DNA from: Octopus sinensis
Taxonomy: Eukaryota
Assembly (NCBI RefSeq): GCF_006345805.1
Contig: NW_021825025.1
Location: 1-22,999, forward strand
Reading direction: 5' to 3'
Length of the DNA: 22,999 nt
Below the pieces are notes generated by a model. That model had not been told where the DNA came from. It did not search any database and saw only the letters and a list, made by a program, of their open reading frames with translations. Position numbers and translations under genes: made by a program. Positions within the stretch are counted from its first letter, which is position 1. Every line of letters starts with the position of its first letter. Below are positions 17,718 through 22,999 of this stretch, piece after piece.

Positions 17718-18737
17718 CTAAGGGCTGGATTAAGACCCATCGAAGCCCTGAGCACTTAAAAGATTTCGGTGCCCCCCTAAAAGATTATGTAATTCAATAT
17801 ATAAACAATAACAAACCATAAAATAAATTTTATTTTCCAAAACGAAAAGTTTCCTCCTACTGATCTGATCAGATCCTCAAAATTAATCTTTTTTCTTTAT
17901 TGCCCACAAGGGGCTAAACACAGAGGGGACAAACAAGGACAGACAAACGGATTAAGTCGATTACATTGACCTCAGTGTGTGACTGGTACTTAATTTATTG
18001 ACCCCGAATGGATGAAAGGCAAAGTCGACCTCGGCGGAATTTGAACTCAGAACGCAACGACATACGAGATACCTCTAAGCATTTTGCCCGGCGTACTAAT
18101 GTTTCTTATTTCTTTATTGCCCATAAGGGGGCTAAACATAGAGGGGACAAACAAGGACAGACAAATGGATTAAGTCGATTACATCGACCTCAGTGTGTGA
18201 CTGGTACTTAATTTATCGACCCCGAATAGATGAAAGGCAAAGTCGACCTCGGCGGAATTTGAACTCAGAACATAATGACAGACAAAATACCCCTAAGCAT
18301 TTCGCCCTGTGTACTAATGTTTCTTATTTCTTTATTGCCCATAAGGGGCTAAACATAGAGGGGACAAACAAGGACAGACAAACGGATTAAGTCGATTACA
18401 TTGACCTCAGTGTGTAACTGGTACTTAATTTATTGATACCGAAAGGATGAAAGGCAAAGTCGACCTTGGAGGAATTTGAACTCAGAATGTAGTGATGGGT
18501 GAAATACCGCTAAGCAATTTCGTCCAGTGTGCTAACGATTCTGCCAGCTTGCCAGGTAACACATCTGCATCTATACTTAGTAGAGATAAAGGCATCCCGA
18601 ATATTATTTTAGCAAGTTTAAAGGGATTTCTTTTGTGCCGTAAACCATTTACCATTTCTGTGGGGGGCCCTCTTCTTATCTTGATGCCCTAAGCAGGTGT
18701 TTATTTTGCTTTATGGTTAACCCAGGGCTGCCCTTAG
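17718..18737. mobile_element. Possible hAT-type MITE hosting the family B SINE array
   Basis: The left end ctaagggctggattaa and right end ttaacccag(ggctg)cccttag are inverted, with ggggccc/gccctaagca subterminal motifs. No clear 8-bp TSD. Confidence 0.4.
17889..18549 (-). mobile_element. Three head-to-tail copies of tRNA-derived SINE family B (period 217-218 bp)
   Basis: gccc anchors at 17902, 18119 and 18337; only the rightmost copy keeps the full head agctggcagaatcgttagc. Confidence 0.9.
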
Positions 18738-19581
18738 ATGGTCAGTTTGGCTAGGACATCTGAGTGAATGACATGGTTGAATGAACCACAGATGTTGCGT
18801 GTAATGTCATATCTGCCAAATGTTTTGAGGGGAAGATGATTCTGATGGCTGTGGTTTTTGTGTCAGCAGTGGTGGTGCTGATAGCTACGATAATGTTGAT
18901 GATGATAGTGGTGTTGTTGTTGGTGGTGGTGGTGGTGGTAGAGCTTGTAGTGCTGGCGATGATGGTTGCGGTGTTGCCGTTGGTGGTGATGGCGACTGTA
19001 ATATCAGCGGTGATGTTGGCTGTGACAAGAGTGATAGTCATGGTGGAGGTGATGGAGATGGATGTCATGAGGATGATTACAGAGGTGTTACCCTTCGTGG
19101 TAGTGGTAGTGGTAGTAGTTGTAGTGGTAGTGGTGCTGTTTGGCAAAGTAGAATTGAATCACTGATTACATTTAAAATTGATGAGGCCAAAGGTCAGGAC
19201 AAACTTTTAAAATTTTCCCCATATTTTTAGATCTTTAGATAACAGATAAGGGAGAGGTGTCGACGGTGAAGGGGGCAAATGTACAGGGACAGTAAAAACC
19301 TATTCATTAAAATGGGTCTTTATGTTGAAATTAGGTCTTTCTGAACAAGTGTACCAGTGATGCAATAAGCCTATTTATTTTTGTTTCCTCTTCATATGTG
19401 TGTCACTGTCTAGGTATGAGTGCAGGTGTGGGTGTCAGTAGATAAAAAAAAGTTTGCTGTATCAAAACATGACTGTAGGTTCAATCCCAATACGGGGATA
19501 ACCCACTGCATGGTGAAAGGGACATGTTTTTTTTTCCTGACTTAAGTGGCCACCTAATAAGCTGACAAAACAAATATATAT

Positions 19582-19753
19582 ATCATCATCATCATCATCA
19601 TCATTTAGCGTCCGTTTTCCATGCTAGCATGGGTTGAACGGTTCAACTGGGGTCTGTGAAGCTGGAAGGCTTCATCAGGCCCAGTCAGATCTGGCAGTGT
19701 TTTTACGGCTGGATGCCTTCCTAACGCCAACCACTCCATGAGTGTAGTGGGTG

Positions 19754-19758
<5 letters not shown>
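19582..19758 (-). mobile_element. Retroposon family D 3' end
   Basis: (CAT)n followed by ttagcgtccgttttccatgctagcatggg, as at 5681. Confidence 0.85.
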
Positions 19759-19796
<38 letters not shown>

Positions 19797-19821
19797 TATA
19801 TAATATAATAATAATATAATA

Positions 19822-20043
19822 TAATAATAATAATAATGATAATAATAATATTAGGGAGTATAACTCCAACTTACAGGGAAAAATTCAATTTAGTATTAAA
19901 TCAAATTCACAGTATAAATATATATATATATATAAAATACGAATTAGAGATAAACACCACTATTATGCAACTCAAAATTTTATAGACATAAACCAATACA
20001 TAAATAACAAATATATATATAATTAATATATATATAATATAAT

Positions 20044-20094
<51 letters not shown>

Positions 20095-20165
20095 CAAAAA
20101 GTATAAAATGAATGATAAATATAATATAAAAAATATTATATTTATCATTCATTTTATACTTTTTG

Positions 20166-20198
<33 letters not shown>

Positions 20199-20644
20199 TT
20201 TTTTTTTTTTTTTTCAAAAAGTATAAAATGAATGATAATAATATATAAAAAATATTATATTTATCATTCATTTTATACTTTTTGAAAAAAAAAAAATATA
20301 TATATATATAGATAATTAATTTTTTTTTTTTTTTTCAAAAAGTATAAAATGAATGATAAATATAATATAAAAAATATTATATTTCATTCATTTTATACTT
20401 TTTGAAAAAAAAAAAATATATATATATATATAATATATATATAATATATATTATATTAATTATATATATTATTTGGTATTATGTATTGGTTTATGTCTAT
20501 CAATATTTGAGTTGCATAATAGTGGTGTTATCTCTAATTCGTATTTTATATATATATTATATTTATACTGTGAAATTTGATTTAATACTAAATTGAATTT
20601 TTCCCTGTAAGTTTGGAGTTATACTCCCTAATATTATTATTATC

Positions 20645-20670
<26 letters not shown>
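19822..20670. repeat. Approximately 850-bp AT-rich palindrome with three tandem internal hairpin units
   Basis: ttagggagtataactccaacttacagggaaaaattc (19851) mirrors gaatttttccctgtaagtttggagttatactccctaa (to 20631). Internal units start at 20095, 20215 and 20336. Confidence 0.85.
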
Positions 20671-20685
<15 letters not shown>

Positions 20686-20762
20686 TCAATATTTGACCTT
20701 GTGAGTACTGCTGGCGATTTTTTTCCTCTGTCTTCCCTTCTCGGGATCTTTCCTTCTCCTAT

Positions 20763-20797
20763 GTTTCCGACGAAGAGCTCCAATCGAAACGTTAAAC
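20763..20797 (+). ncRNA. Minimal hammerhead-like motif in a probable Penelope-like terminal repeat remnant (about 20690-20890)
   Basis: GTTT-CCGACGA-A-GA(gctccaa)TC-GAAA-CG-TT-AAAC: U4C core variant, palindromic ACGT stem III, GUU triplet. Confidence 0.5.
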
Positions 20798-20890
20798 CCT
20801 CCTTCTTCCCTTATTTCCAATAATACTTTATTGTTCCACGTCCTCGCGTTGTGGTGTTTTTTTGTTTTTTTGTGTTTTCTTGTTTGGATA

Positions 20891-22293
<1,403 letters not shown>

Positions 22294-22310
22294 ATATATA
22301 TATATATATA

Positions 22311-22708
22311 CTCTTTACTCTTTTACTTGTATCAGTCAATTGACTGTGGCCATGCTGGAGCACCGCCTTTAGTCGAGCAAATTGACCTCGGGACTTATTC
22401 TTTGTAAGCCTAGTACTTACTCTATTGGTCTCTTTTGCCAAACCGCTAAGTGACGGGGTCGTAAACACACCAGTATCGGTTGCCAAGCAATGCTAGGGGG
22501 ACAAACACACACACATACACACACACACACACATATATATACATATATACGACAGGCTTCTTTCAGTTCCCATCAACCAAATCCACTCACAAGGCATTGG
22601 TTGGCCTGGGGCTATAGCAGAAGATACTTGCCCAAGATGCCACGCAGTGGGACTGAACTCAGAACCATGTGGTTGGTAATCAAGCTACTTACCACACAGC
22701 CACTCCTG
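22311..22708 (-). mobile_element. SINE family A, full length
   Basis: Reverse complement of the family A head, microsatellite and 3' module. Confidence 0.9.
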
Positions 22709-22999
22709 GAGTTTATATATTTGTTCATATCGTTGAAAACGTATGTTGTTTCATGTCCCAAATTTGTATAATGTTTGCATGTATAATATATTTTATTCAG
22801 TATAAATTTCGAGTTTGATTTCCTTCTATATTATGAGAGTAATGGCAATTTTACTGAAATTTTTTAGGGGTGTACATACTTCTGTGAGATACTATATATA
22901 TATACATACATATAATACATATGCATACATATATACATACATAATACAAAATAAGCCATCAACATACACACTTATGCACTTATATATAGACTAGCAGCA

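Noticed and set aside
17889-18549. Regular repeats here and at 972-1310 as CRISPR-like arrays
   Set aside because: Units are contiguous SINE sequence with no unique spacers, in eukaryotic intron-rich DNA with no cas genes.
19851-19856. TTAGGG/CCCTAA at the ends of the large palindrome as telomeric seeds
   Set aside because: Single hexamers only, and not conserved in the related arm at about 11490.

Overview
AT-rich eukaryotic genomic DNA. The SINE families and microsatellite load look like an octopod cephalopod (Octopus); this is recognition from memory, not a database result. The only host gene is on the minus strand: the 5' end (exons 1-7) of a secreted large lipid transfer protein of the apolipophorin/apoB type with a Vitellogenin_N domain. 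It has a TATA box and initiator at about 11885-11916, a signal-peptide exon at 11779-11833, and continues off the left edge of the window. All splice phases are consistent except for a 1-bp deficit in exon 6. The introns and the 11 kb upstream consist mainly of tRNA-derived SINEs (many in tandem arrays), LINE remnants (CR1/L2, RTE, R4/Dong-type, Penelope-like), two mariners, a Gypsy integrase remnant, piggyBac- and hAT-like MITEs, and microsatellites. The most unusual signal is a set of type I hammerhead ribozyme motifs. One has an intact core and lies in the sense strand of intron 5 (3606-3674). Two sit back-to-back in a loopless 119-bp palindrome upstream of the promoter (12542-12660). Several minimal or decayed variants occur elsewhere. 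They co-occur with AT-rich foldback palindromes, including an approximately 850-bp nested one, which suggests Penelope-like or retrozyme-type elements.
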